Shown here piece by piece: positions 48,331 to 59,373 of a stretch of 64,000 bases of DNA. Under the pieces are notes generated by a model that worked only from the letters and a program-made list of their open reading frames with translations, did not search any database and was not told the origin of the DNA. Location of the stretch: positions 1,302,001 to 1,366,000 of the forward strand of contig MU059662.1 of NCBI GenBank assembly GCA_013265495.1, given 5' to 3'. Source of the stretch: Vicugna vicugna (taxonomy: Eukaryota). Each line of letters opens with the position of its first letter. Positions within the stretch are counted from its first letter, which is position 1. The position numbers and the translations under genes were made by a program.

Positions 48331-49486
48331 GAAACGAAGGCGGGACCCATATCCAGGCCCTTTATCCCATGGAGGGAGTGCAATCCTTTCCCAAGCAGGT
48401 GACTGGGGCCTTCTATGGGTGTGGCCGTGGAACAGTCAACTCATTCCCTGGGCCTTGGTTTGTCCATTGCTAAGATGAGGTCCTGGATAAGATGATTTTT
48501 AGGGAGTCTCTTTAAATCCAAAGCCATTGCTGGGGACTGACTAGAGGTGGACATGTCACAGAGGAGCCCATCTGCCTAGCAGCCGACCGAGGCCAAGAGC
48601 TGAGGAGGAAGGGCCCCCTCTGCCTGCAGGATGGGGTTTGGTGGCACCTCAGGGAAGCTGGCCCTCCTTCTCTCCACCTTGGGGAGGCGCAGGGAACATT
48701 CCTCTGAGCCAAAGCGTGGTCCAGGAACACGAAGAAAAAGACAAATAGATTGAAATTCAACATTCAATATAGGACCATCCAGATGGGAGAACTGACCCTC
48801 TGTTTCTCTTCTTCCTCTTCTCAGAAAGGGAACACGGGGTTGGCAGACGGGGGAGGCTGGGGTTAGTCACTGACGGCAGGGGAGGGCCCTTTCAGACGGC
48901 TGTCCAGGCTCAAAGAGCCACATCCTCGTGCCCTGCCTCAGAGCCACCAAGAGAGGCCACCCGGAGGAAAAACAGACACCTAATGCAAGAACCCCTATTT
49001 AGCAGAAGAGGGCCATTCCAGCCAGGCTGGCAAGAAAATTTCAGGTAATTGATGTTATTTGCCCATTGACTGTGTTCTGCTAGAAAAGATTTTGGTTACA
49101 GGGTGTAATCAAATCACACTTACGAATGCTACTAAAAGATTACTTTTGTAATGAGAAAAAAAATGTACTTTAAAAAAGGAATCTGTGGTATAACCTCCTC
49201 GGAGGGCAATTTGGCAATACCGACGGGAAGGGAAACACAACACGCTCTTGGAGACGGCAGGTCCACTTGTGCGAACTGGTCTTTCAGATGTGTCACACAG
49301 ACCAGTCCGCGGTGCTGCCATGCGATGGAATACCATGTGAGCACAAATCAGACCGCGGCAGCGGTCTGTGTGAGGTTTTCACACAACACTTACATGAAAA
49401 AGGCAGGGGGAAGTACACTGAGCAGGATGTGCTCCGCGTATGTAGCAAAATGAGGGGGCAGGAGGGAGGGAGATGGGCGGGAACTC

Positions 49487-49941
49487 TGTGTTAATACGGA
49501 TTCCCATGGCTGCCATCACAAATGACCACAGATGTGCTGGCTTAAAATGACAGGAACTAATTCTGTCACCATTCTCCATGTCTGAAATCCGTGTGTGAAC
49601 AGGGCCGTGCCCCCTCCCGAGGCTCTGGGGGAGACTCCGTTCTGTGCCCCGTGCAGCTTTTGGTGACTGCCTGCACCCCTTGGCTGGTGGCCACGCCACT
49701 CCAGCCTCTGCCTCTGAGGTCATGTGACCTCCTCCTCCGTCTTGTGTCTATTCAGAAGGATGCTTTCATTGGTTTTAGGGCCCACCTTGATGATCCAGGA
49801 TAATTTCCTCATCTCCAGATTCTTAGTTAATTGCATCTATGAAGACCTTTTTTTTTTTTCCCCAAATAACCTCACATTCACAGGTGCCAGGGATTAAGGC
49901 CTGAGCATCTCTTTTTGGGGACCACCATTAGATCCACCTCA
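49487..49941 (-). mobile_element. MLT1C-like MaLR LTR
   Basis: ggctgccatcacaaatgaccacaga...ggcttaaaa...tagggcccacc...atccaggataat...cacattcacaggtgccagggattaagg. Confidence 0.8.
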
Positions 49942-50147
49942 GATTCCAGCTTGATGGGAGAGCAGAAGCTTCTAGGAAGGGAAACCCATAGACTGGTGGT
50001 CTCGGTGAGCAGAGACTTGCTTTTCATGATAACCGTTTTTGGAGTGTTTGACTGCTTTCCCAAGAGCGTACATTACCTATTTTCACAAACTTCAAACAAT
50101 AAGAGGTAATCCAGCTAATGAGCACTGTAAAAAGATCTTTTTTCAGT

Positions 50148-50257
50148 GGGGAGGGTGTAGCTCAGTGGTAGAGCACCTGCTTAGCATGCACGAGGTCCTG
50201 GGTTCAATCCCCAGCACTTTTATTAAAAATAAAATAAACCTAATTATCTGCTCCCCC
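50148..50257 (+). mobile_element. Camelid SINE (Vic-1-like), long-tail type
   Basis: GGGGAGGGTGTAGCTCAGTGGTAGAGC...GGTTCAATCCCCAG...AATAAACCTAATTATCTGCTCCCCC. Confidence 0.88.
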
Positions 50258-51719
50258 AATTCTGTTTTTAAAAAATGACTCAAGATGGTCATAATATTGC
50301 AGCATGCTCAAAGCAAGTTACACACTTAAATTCCCAATAGAGACAACGTAGCTTCCAGTGTCACCCAAGCAGTAGCAATAGCCCCTGGTGTAGAAATGAC
50401 AGTCCCTCATGCAGGAGCCAAAGGCTTCTCCAGTGCCGCAGGGGCCAGGCTGCGACGCGGCGAGGTGAAGCGGGGCTCGCTCCCTGTGGCATTTTAATGA
50501 ATTCTTTGGAAATAGACACACTTTGCGTGCACACGAAACACGTAGGCATTGTCTCCACATCTTCAAGAAAATAGTTTTTCTCCTACCTTTTCTCTCTCTT
50601 GATCTATGTTTGTTTGCCTGCTTTTGATAAAGAAGAGCTTTGAGAAATGTGTTCTTTTCCTCTTAAATCTCCAGAGAGAAAATTGACTGGGCAACCTCGA
50701 TGGTAAATGGCAACTGACCGTTGGCCTCAGGGTGTGGAGACCTTGGGGGATGGTGGGGACTGTGACAAAGAGGACAGAGCACGCCCTCTCTGAGGGACAG
50801 CCATTACTTAACCCCAGCCCAGGGCTGCCACTTTAGGAGGCGGGGCCCCAGGATGCCAGAGCTTCCGGCTTTTCAGGAGAAGCTGAGCATCCCAATTTTT
50901 AGGTAAACTCTCCCCATCATTTCATGGAGGAAACCTTTCATTTTTTTGTAACCGCTGTATAGGCCACATAAAACCTACTTGTGTCAGATTTAGCCTGCAG
51001 CCCTCGTTGGAGAACCTCCACCCTTATGCATTAGCGCTTTGAGTTCTGACCAGCCTCAAGCTATGTCTTCACTTCCATTTACATTCAAGCAAATCCTTAC
51101 AGTTTTTTGTTTTTTCCATTTTTCTCAGTTCTTAGACTAATAACTTCATGTGGTGATAAGGGAAAAAAAAAACCCAACAACAAAACAGCCAGAGACACTG
51201 GGCTGGGATGGGGAGTCACAGCCCAAGGAGATACAGGCAGACAGATAAACGGGCGCCTGCTTTTTGAGGGAAGGGGTGGCCTGCCCTGGCACAGGCTGGA
51301 AGGGGGCAGTGTCGGCTTCCTGGCGAGTCGCCTGGTTGTTTTGGACATTCGCTTGTGTGGACTGTTCTGTTCTCAACCTAATGATGCCATTTTTAGTGAC
51401 TCATTAGGATCCTCATTAAGAGTTGTTAGCACATCAAAACAGTGTTGGGGAGGGCTGGCAGAGGGCGGCTTCCTGGACATCATCAGTTGTCTGAATTTCC
51501 CTGGCAGCAGAGAAGGGACAAAATGGCAGCAAATGGATTCCCAGCTGCTACCAGTTCAGAGGGTGCTGTTTCTGCAGCCAGCCCTTACTGAGCACATACT
51601 ATGTGTCTGCGTGGGCGCACAGTGCTTTCCCTGGCGCCAGAATAAAATGCAAAGTCATCGCCTCCCACCTTCTCTCCGGGTCTGCCGCTCCAGCTGCACC
51701 CACCTTTCTCCTCTGCAGA

Positions 51720-52060
51720 CAGGTTGTCGGGCCCCTGCCTCAGGGTCTTTTCACCTTCCTTGCCCCCTTCCCAGGCCTCAGCCCCAACTAACCCCTTTCT
51801 GAAGAGATCTCCCCCGACTCCCTATCCATGCTTGCAAACCATCAGCCATCACTCTCTAACCCTGTTTTATTTACCACATAGCTCTTATCATCACTTGAAC
51901 TTATATTTATTTGCTTATTGGTTTATTGTCAGTGACTCTCACCGCTCAGTAGAATGTCAGCTCCACGAGGGCAGGGACCTGCTGTGCTGGGTTCCACAAG
52001 ATGCCTGGCACGTAGTAGGTGTTCAATTAGTGTTTGTTTAACAAATGGGAAATGATGAGG
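51720..52060 (+). mobile_element. L2 3' end
   Basis: agaatgtcagctccacgagggcagggacc...gcctggcacgtagtaggtgttcaattagtgtttg. Confidence 0.75.
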
Positions 52061-52171
52061 AAGACAGAGCCCCTCTCCCCTCAGCCCAGGGTTGCAAGTG
52101 GTCTGGCATGTCCCCTCACCCCCCTGCATCACCAAGGAATAAATCTCATGGCTTTATTAAAGAAATCTGAG

Positions 52172-52267
52172 GAGAGGAATATAGCTCAGTGGTACAGCGT
52201 GTGCTTAGTGTGCATGAGGTCCTGGGTTCAATCCTCGGTACCTCCACTAACGATGAAAACAAACAAA
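52172..52267 (+). mobile_element. Camelid SINE (Vic-1-like), short type
   Basis: tRNA-like head. TSD aaag(a/g)aatctgag at 52159-52171 and 52268-52280. Confidence 0.87.
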
Positions 52268-52854
52268 AAAGGAATCTGAGATCAGGCTGAAGGAATGATA
52301 AAGCATTACTTTCTACAGTTCATAATTCTCTTCAGCAAAGGCTACCTGTGCAGCCCCAGCCCCATCCCTCCTCTCCCCTTTCTGTTCGGCGCCAGGAGGG
52401 AGCCTCAGGTGCCCGCAGCAGCAGGCAGGGATCAGGCAGGGGCACCCCCAGGGCCAGGCTGTGCCAATAGATTACTTCTCCGAGTAATTAAGATGGAATT
52501 AAAAATTAATTCTTTCCTTCAGCCTGATTGTATTTCAAGGGATAAACTGAGTGTTATGGCTTTTGTGCTTTTTTTCCTTAAATTAAATTGGATCTTGTTT
52601 TCAGAGGTGGGGGAAGTGAGATGCTGTGATTAATCCGGGAGTTGAGAAATCCCCGGAGAAGGAAGCGGGTGATTCTGCCTCGGGAGCGGATGAACTTGAA
52701 GGTCCAGCTGCTCCGGGCTGCACGGTGGACTTGGCTCCCTGGGGAGCAACTTGGGTCCATGCTGGAGACCCAGCAATTCTGATCCGCTCTTGTCACTGCA
52801 ATGTGGGAAGTCAAGCCACCTTGCCTTCGCCCTAGCGGGGAACGAGCTGGATCA

Positions 52855-53010
52855 GACAGAGTGAGACCTGGGCTCCCAGCTGGCTCTGCCACTTACTGGT
52901 GGCAGTTCATCTTGGGCAAACTCCTCTCTCCGAGCTCCAGCTTCCTCACCTGTGAAATGAATGTAAACCACCTATCTCCCAGGGTGCTGGGAGCATTACG
53001 TGGTAAGTAG
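52855..53010 (+). mobile_element. MIR
   Basis: ggctctgccacttact...cttgggcaaactcctctctccgagctccagcttcctcacctgtgaaatg. Confidence 0.75.
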
Positions 53011-53094
53011 GTGAGCCCAGAAACGTGTGGGTCTGTGCATCCATCATTCCTCCGCATCCTCTGGACTGCAGGAGAAGGAGCTTCCTTCCTTTCT

Positions 53095-53640
53095 TTCAAA
53101 TTTTATACATTCATTCACCAGAGTAATACATTCCCATGATTCAAAAATCAAAAGGTATAATTAAAGTGAGACTCCCCCCACCCCTGTTCCCAGAGCACCA
53201 GCTCCCCTCTGTGAAGGCAGCCAGTGTCATCCATGTCTTCTTTATTTTTCTAGAGATATTTTATACAGTCGTGAGAAAATATGGTCACATCACCCCTCCC
53301 CGTTTTGTTACACCATGGCAGTGTACTAGATACATCTTTTGTCCCCTTGTTTCGATTTATTCCTCCCCCAATACTTAGCAATATATTTTGGAGCATATTC
53401 CATATTGATGCATAACATGGTTCCTTGGTCCATTTCTACATCTGGATAGTCCTCCATCTCATGCTGTCCAACAGTCCTATGGTGTATTTAACCGGTCCCC
53501 CATTGATGGACATTCACATTGTTTCCGTCTCTTGCTGTTACAAACAGCTCTGTAACAAACAATCGTGCACAAGTCATTTTGCTCATATGTATATCTATCT
53601 CGAAAACAAAATTCCTAGAAGTGAAATACCTGGTCGGAGA
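53095..53640 (-). mobile_element. L1ME-like relic
   Basis: Antisense L1M 3' motifs (ccccattgatggacattcacattgtttcc...gctgttacaaacag, attcctagaagtgaaat). Confidence 0.6.
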
Positions 53641-54157
53641 AAACAAACTACATTTGTTAAAATTTTAAAAATGTGTGTATGAGAGAGGGAATGGACGAAA
53701 CAGGAACTGTAGAATGTTTGTAAAAGTTGAAGCTGACGAGGATGTGCGAGTCCATTGTACGATCCTTTCTACTCTAACACACGCTTGAAAATGTCCACAA
53801 TTAACATTGTCAAGATATTTTATTTCAGTCCCATATCTCCCAGTAAGGAGCTTCAAGACATCTCTCCCATCCACACACGAAAAAAGCTGAACAAACTAAA
53901 GTTGACAACTCTTCTTAAACCCGGTGGAGAACTGAGGTCACAGGGTGAATCGCCGTCCCCTAAATGGGAGAGACAGACAGGCAGATACAGAGGACTGCAA
54001 CTTATCAGAGCAGGAACCCATGTGCAGAAACCACCAGGAGAACCAGTGTGCGGCGGGGAAACCTAGACTATAATTGATGAGTTGCTCAGTGCAGACAAAT
54101 TTCAGAGTTAACTCCAGGGAGGGCTCAGTCTTGGGGAGCTCCCCACAGTACTGAGCG

Positions 54158-54372
54158 CAGTTGACCCTCAAACAACACCAGTTTGAATTGTGCAGGTCCA
54201 CTTATACGCGGATTTTTTTCCAATACTATGTGTTACCATCCACAGTTGGTTGAGTCCGGGGATGCAGAACCCCTGGATACGGAAGGCCAGCTGAGGGATT
54301 TGAGCATCCATGGATTTTGGTGTCTGTAGTGGGTCCTGGAACCAATCCCCTGGGGATACCGAGGAACAGCTA
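54158..54372. mobile_element. Tigger2/MER8-like TcMar MITE nested in L1
   Basis: Left end CAGTTGACCCTCAAACAACAC...CCACTTATACGCGGATTTT. Right end ...GGAACCAATCCCCTGGGGATACCGAGGAACAGCTA. The termini are mutually inverted. Confidence 0.8.
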
Positions 54373-54940
54373 TATTACCTCTGCGAGCTCTACCACGGTC
54401 TAGAAAAAGTTTTGCTCCTGCTTCTGGCAGGGGGACGGGGGAAGGAGCCATTTTGAAATAGACCAGAACATTCTATTCCTCTTAACAAGGCCTGTCTGTC
54501 TTCAAGGGAAACCAGGGCTTGACTGACCTGGTGGAGGAGGGTCACAGCCCAGAGGCACAGGCTCACTAAAAGACAGAACTAATCACGGAACTATGGAACG
54601 CTTCCCCTCACCCCACACGTCCTCACCGCGTGACTAAAGGCTTAGTGTCACATTTCCTTTTACTCAGTACATCGTGTCCAGGGTTCAACAAAACATTGCA
54701 AGGCATACTACAGGGCAAAGAACACAGCTTAAAGAGACAGAACAAGCAATACTACAGCAAAGATGTTGTAATTATCACACTGGGAATATAAAATAACTGT
54801 GATTAATAGGCAAAGGGCTCTAGCAGAAAACGTAGACCACGTTCAAGAACAAATTGGTACTGTAAGCAGAAAGATGGAAATTCTAAGGAAGAATCAAAAA
54901 GAAATGCCAGAAATGTAAAATTCTGTAACAGAAACGAAGG

Positions 54941-55342
54941 GTGCCTTGGGGGATGGGCTCATCAGAGGACTGGACACCGCAGAGGAAAGAGTCAGCGAGC
55001 TCTGTATCACTGAAGGTGTGTCAACGAAAAACTTTAAAAACTGAAACACAGAAAGACAGAAAAGAAAACCCAGAACAGAATATCCAAGAATCTGGGGATA
55101 AAAGGTGTAATAGACGTGGAAGAGGGATACCAGAAGGAGATGAAAAAGAGAAAGGAACAGAAGAAATATTTGAAGCAATAATGACTGAGAATTTCCTCAG
55201 ATTAATGTCAGACACCAAGCCACAGATCCAGAGAGCACCGAGCAGGATAAATGCCAAAAACGAGCGAGCAACAAACAAAATACCCGCCTCCCAGCTACAC
55301 CGCGGCATATTATATTCAAGCCTTGAAAGACGCCAGCAGTAA
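54941..55342 (+). pseudogene. Degenerate L1 ORF1p (RRM region) remnant
   Basis: Translated fragment resembles the L1 ORF1p stretch IQEIWD...LRLIGVPE...ENFPNL...IQEIQRTP. The frame breaks on both sides. Confidence 0.75.
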
Positions 55343-55854
55343 AAAGCATCTTACCTATAGAGGAGCAAAGATAAGAAGAAACCTTTCAAGCAAGAAGAGA
55401 GTGGAGTGAAATATTTAATGTATTGAGAGGAAAAGAATCCCACCAACTTAGAATTATGTACTCTGTGAAACCACCCTTTAGAAGTGAAGGAGAAATAAAT
55501 ATTTCTCAGACAAACAAAACTGGAGGGAATCTGTCACCATTAAACCTACCTTGTAAGAAATGTTAAAAGAAGTTCTTCAGAGAGAAGGAAAATGAAATAG
55601 GTCAGAAATCGGATCTACATTTGAAAAAGGAAGGAGAAGGAATAAGTGAAGGTAAAATAAAAATATTTTAAAAATTTGTAATTGATTTAATAAATAACAG
55701 TTTTTTTCAAAATAATAATGGCAACCATGTGTTGGATGATTATTGCTTATGGAGTCATAAAATGAAGGACAGAAATGAGGGAAGGGATGGGAGGGAGGAA
55801 TTAGGTATTTGCATTACCTGTCGAGTGGTATAATGTTATTTGAAAGTGGACTTG

Positions 55855-56000
55855 AGTAGGGAGGGTGTAGCTCAGTGGTAGAGCGCATGCTTAGCAGGCA
55901 TGAGGCCCTGGGTTCAATCCTCAGTACCTCTATTAAAAAAATAAATACATAAATACATAAACCTAATTACCTTCCCCCACAAAAACAAACAAACAAAAAA
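55855..56000 (+). mobile_element. Camelid SINE (Vic-1-like), long-tail type, nested in L1
   Basis: Full head and tail. Perfect 13-bp TSD gaaagtggacttg at 55842-55854 and 56001-56013. Confidence 0.92.
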
Positions 56001-56264
56001 GAAAGTGGACTTGGATTCGTTGTGAATGTGTGTTGCAAACTCCAGGGCAGCCACTAAAAAAAAGTTAAAAGAGAAAAAAACCAAGAAGTATAATTGAGAA
56101 GCTAAGAGAGGGGAGAAAATAAACTCATATAAAATGCTCAGATAAAACCATAGAAGACAGAAAAATGGCGGGAGACAAAAATAGAAACAGAGGACAAGGG
56201 CAATGACTAGAAAACAATAAAACGTGGTAGATATGGACTCGACTATGTCAATAACAACTTTAAA

Positions 56265-57655
56265 NNNNNNNNNNNNNNNNNNNNNNNNNNNNNNNNNNNN
56301 NNNNNNNNNNNNNNNNNNNNNNNNNNNNNNNNNNNNNNNNNNNNNNNNNNNNNNNNNNNNNNNNNNNNNNNNNNNNNNNNNNNNNNNNNNNNNNNGATGA
56401 GCTATCAAGCCATCAAGAAATATGGAGGAACTGTAAATGTATATTGCTAAGTGATAGAAACCCATCTGATAAGGCTTCAGAGTGTATGATTCCAACTATA
56501 TGACATTCTGGAAAAGGCAAAACTATAGAGACTTTTTTTAAAAAAATCAGTTAAAAAATAAATAAAATTAAAAATATATAAGAAAAATTAGTGACTAGAG
56601 AATAAAATTTGAGCTCTCAAACTTCCTGATTTCAAAAATTACTGTAAAGCTACAGTGATCAAAATAGCATAGTCCTGGCATAAAGACAGGCATGTAGACC
56701 AATGGGATGGAACAGCGAGCCCAGAAATAAAGTATCACATATATAGTAAAATGATTCTTTTCATAGACTTTATTCTTTTAGAGCAGTTTCAGGTTCACAA
56801 CAGAACTGAGCAGAAAATGCAGAGTTCGTACATAGCCCTATAGTCAAATGATTTTTGACAAGACACCCAGTTGGTGTCCAGAGAGCTGGGAAATTGGTTG
56901 GTGTGGGGAAAAAAAAACTCCCATACATTTAGAGTCAAAAATATTGTGNNNNNNNNNNNNNNNNNNNNNNNNNNNNNNNNNNNNNNNNNNNNNNNNNNNN
57001 NNNNNNNNNNNNNNNNNNNNNNNNNNNNNNNNNNNNNNNNNNNNNNNNNNNNNNNNNNNNNNNNNNNNNNNNNNNNNNNNNNNNNNNNTCAAACCNNNNN
57101 NNNNNNNNNNNNNNNNNNNNNNNNNNNNNNNNNNNNNNNNNNNNNNNNNNNNNNNNNNNNNNNNNNNNNNNNNNNNNNNNNNNNNNNNNNNNNNNNNNNN
57201 NNNNNNNNNNNNNNNNNNNNNNNNNNNNNNNNNNNNNNNNNNNNNNCCATTTGTGGGTTTATTTCCAACAAAATTGAAATCAGGGACTCAAAGAGATATT
57301 TGTACACCAACGTTACAGCAGCATTATTCACAGTAGCCCAAAGGTAGAAGCAATCAAAGTCTTCACTGACAGACACTAAATGTAGTATATACGTGCAATG
57401 GAATATTATTCGGTCTTGAAAAAAGGGAAATTCTGACACACGANNNNNNNNNNNNNNNNNNNNNNNNNNNNNNNNNNNNNNNNNNNNNNNNNNNNNNNNN
57501 NNNNNNNNNNNNNNNNNNNNNNNNNNNNNNNNNNNNNNNNNNNNNNNNNNNNNNNNNNNNNNNNNNNNNNNNNNNNNNNNNNNNNNNNNNNNNNNNNNNN
57601 NNNNNNNNNNNNNNNNNNNNNNNNNNNNNNNNNNNNNNNNNNNNNNNNNNNNNNN
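56265..57655. other. Cluster of four assembly gaps (56265-56395, 56949-57088, 57096-57246, 57444-57655)
   Basis: N runs within the nested L1 block. Confidence 0.98.
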
Positions 57656-57770
57656 ATGGATAGTGGGGATGGTTGCACAACAGTATGAATGTACTTAATA
57701 CCACTGAACTGTATGTTTAAAAATGGTTAAGATGGCACATTTTAAGGGTGTTTTGCCATAAATTAAAAAA
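56552..57770 (+). mobile_element. 5'-truncated L1 (L1MB-like) nested in the L1MC-like 3' end
   Basis: ORF2-end text (aaagctacagtgatcaaaatagc..., gacaggcatgtagaccaatgg), L1MB-type 3'UTR and A tail. Flanked by aaaa(a/g)atcagt near 56541-56551 and 57771-57782. Confidence 0.7.
56862..56948. mobile_element. ERV LTR fragment (MER21-like) running into a gap
   Basis: gacacccagttggtgtccagagagctgggaaattggttggtgtggggaaaa...catttagagtcaaaaatattgtg resembles MER21-group LTR termini as I recall them. Confidence 0.5.
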
Positions 57771-58559
57771 AAAAAGATCAGTGGTTGCTAGGGTTTCTAG
57801 GGGAGGGAAGGATAAATAGATAAAACACAGGCCGTTTTTAGAGCAGGGAAACAATTCTGTGTGATACTATAATGATGGACATGTGTCATTACACATTTGT
57901 CAAATCCATAGAATGAACAACACAAATGGTGAACCCTAATGTACACTATGGACTTCGGTTGCTAGTGATGTGTTAATGCTGATTCATTGACAAACGTACC
58001 CCACTAATGAGGAAAGCTGATGGTGGGGGAGTGTCGGGAGCAGGGCGAGTGGGAACTCTCTGTATTTTTCTGCTCGATTTTATTGTGAACCTAAAACTGC
58101 TCTAAAAAATAAAGTCTATTAATTTTTAAAAAGATGTGCATATGTAACTAGATATATTATCAGATCGTCCTCCATAGGCGTTGTACACACCTGCTGTGTG
58201 TGAGAGTGCCTGTTTATACTCACCAGCACAGTGTACCATCCAACTCTTGGATCTCTGCCAGTTTTTGGTGTTTAGGTATGATTTTCTATGAAATAAGCTT
58301 TTATTTAAGTCTGACATACCTTCAGAAAAGAGCCCACCTCATAAGTGTCCCAGGTGATAAATTTTCAGAAAGTGAATGCACGTGATAAACAGCACAAGAT
58401 CAAGATATAGAAAGTTATAAGTCCAGAAGCCTTCCTCACCTCCCCTTCCAGTCACTGTCTCCCTTCACCATGGTAACATTTGATCCGACTTCTATCACCA
58501 TAGATTAGTTTGCCTATTTTTGCCATTTATATAAATAAAATCTTACAGGATGCACTCTT

Positions 58560-58809
58560 TTTTTTTTTTGAAGTATAGTCAGTTTACAGTGATGTGTCAA
58601 TTTCTGGTGTATAGCATAATGTTTCAGTCATACATATACATGCATATATTCCTTTTCATATTCTTTTTCATTATAGGTTACTACAAGGTATTGAATATGG
58701 TTCTCTGTGCTATATAGTAGAAACTTGTTGTTTATCTATCTTATATATAGTAGTTAGTGTTTGCAAATCTCCAACTCCCAATTTATCCCTTCCCACCCCC
58801 GTCCCCTCA
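58560..58809 (-). mobile_element. Lineage-specific (cetartiodactyl/camelid-type) L1 3' end, 5'-truncated
   Basis: Poly-T head then gaagtatagtcagtttacagtgatgtgtcaatttctggtgtatagc... TSD acaggatgca(c)tctt at 58545-58559 and 58810-58823. Confidence 0.8.
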
Positions 58810-59234
58810 ACAGGATGCATCTTGCATAAGGCTTCTCTCACTCAGCGTCTGTGAGATTCATTCATATCATGTAGAGTTGTAGGTCGATCATTTTCATTGG
58901 TGTGTAATAGTCTACTTAATGGCTATACTCCAATTTATTTATCCATTCTACTATTGATAGTCATTTGGATTGCTTCCTGTTTGGAGCTATTACAAATAGT
59001 GATGCAATGAACATTCTTGTACACATCATTTGGTTTAATATGTGTTTATGACTGGTGGGTATATGTCTAGAAGTGGAACTACTGGATCATAGGATATGAA
59101 TACTTCAGTTTTAGTAGATAACACTGCACAGTTTTCCAAAGTGGATTTTCTAATTTACTCTTACTGTGATAAGAATTCCAGCAGATCCTTATTCTTATGA
59201 ATAATGGTTATGCTGATCTTTTAAATTTTTGTTT

Positions 59235-59373
59235 TTGTTTGGAGGGAGGTAATTAGGTTTATGTATTTTTTAACTAATTAAAAAAATTTATTTTTAGTGG
59301 AGGTACTGGGGGTTGAACTCAGGACCTTGTGCATGCTAAGCATGCACTCCACCACTGAGCTATATCCTCCCCC
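59235..59373 (-). mobile_element. Camelid SINE (Vic-1-like), long-tail type, nested in L1
   Basis: Reverse-complement head at 59300-59373. TSD atcttttaa(a/g)tttttgttt at 59216-59234 and 59376-59394. Confidence 0.9.

Larger units (their letters stand above)
53900..58132 (+). mobile_element. Old L1 (L1MC-like), 5' region/ORF1 relic through 3' end, with nested insertions and gaps
   Basis: ORF1p-like remnant at 54941-55342 (EQNIQESGD...GIPEGDEKEKGTEEIFEAIMTENF...PQIQRAPSRIN). L1MC-type 3' end ...gtgaacctaaaactgctctaaaaaataaagtctatt near 58090-58125. Confidence 0.8.

Noticed and set aside
50148-50257. tRNA genes at the seven A-box/B-box loci
   Set aside because: No complete cloverleaf; they have A-rich tails and TSDs, so they are SINEs.
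54941-55342. Functional or domesticated L1 ORF1 protein
   Set aside because: Short fragment with frame breaks on both sides and in-frame decay; an ordinary relic.
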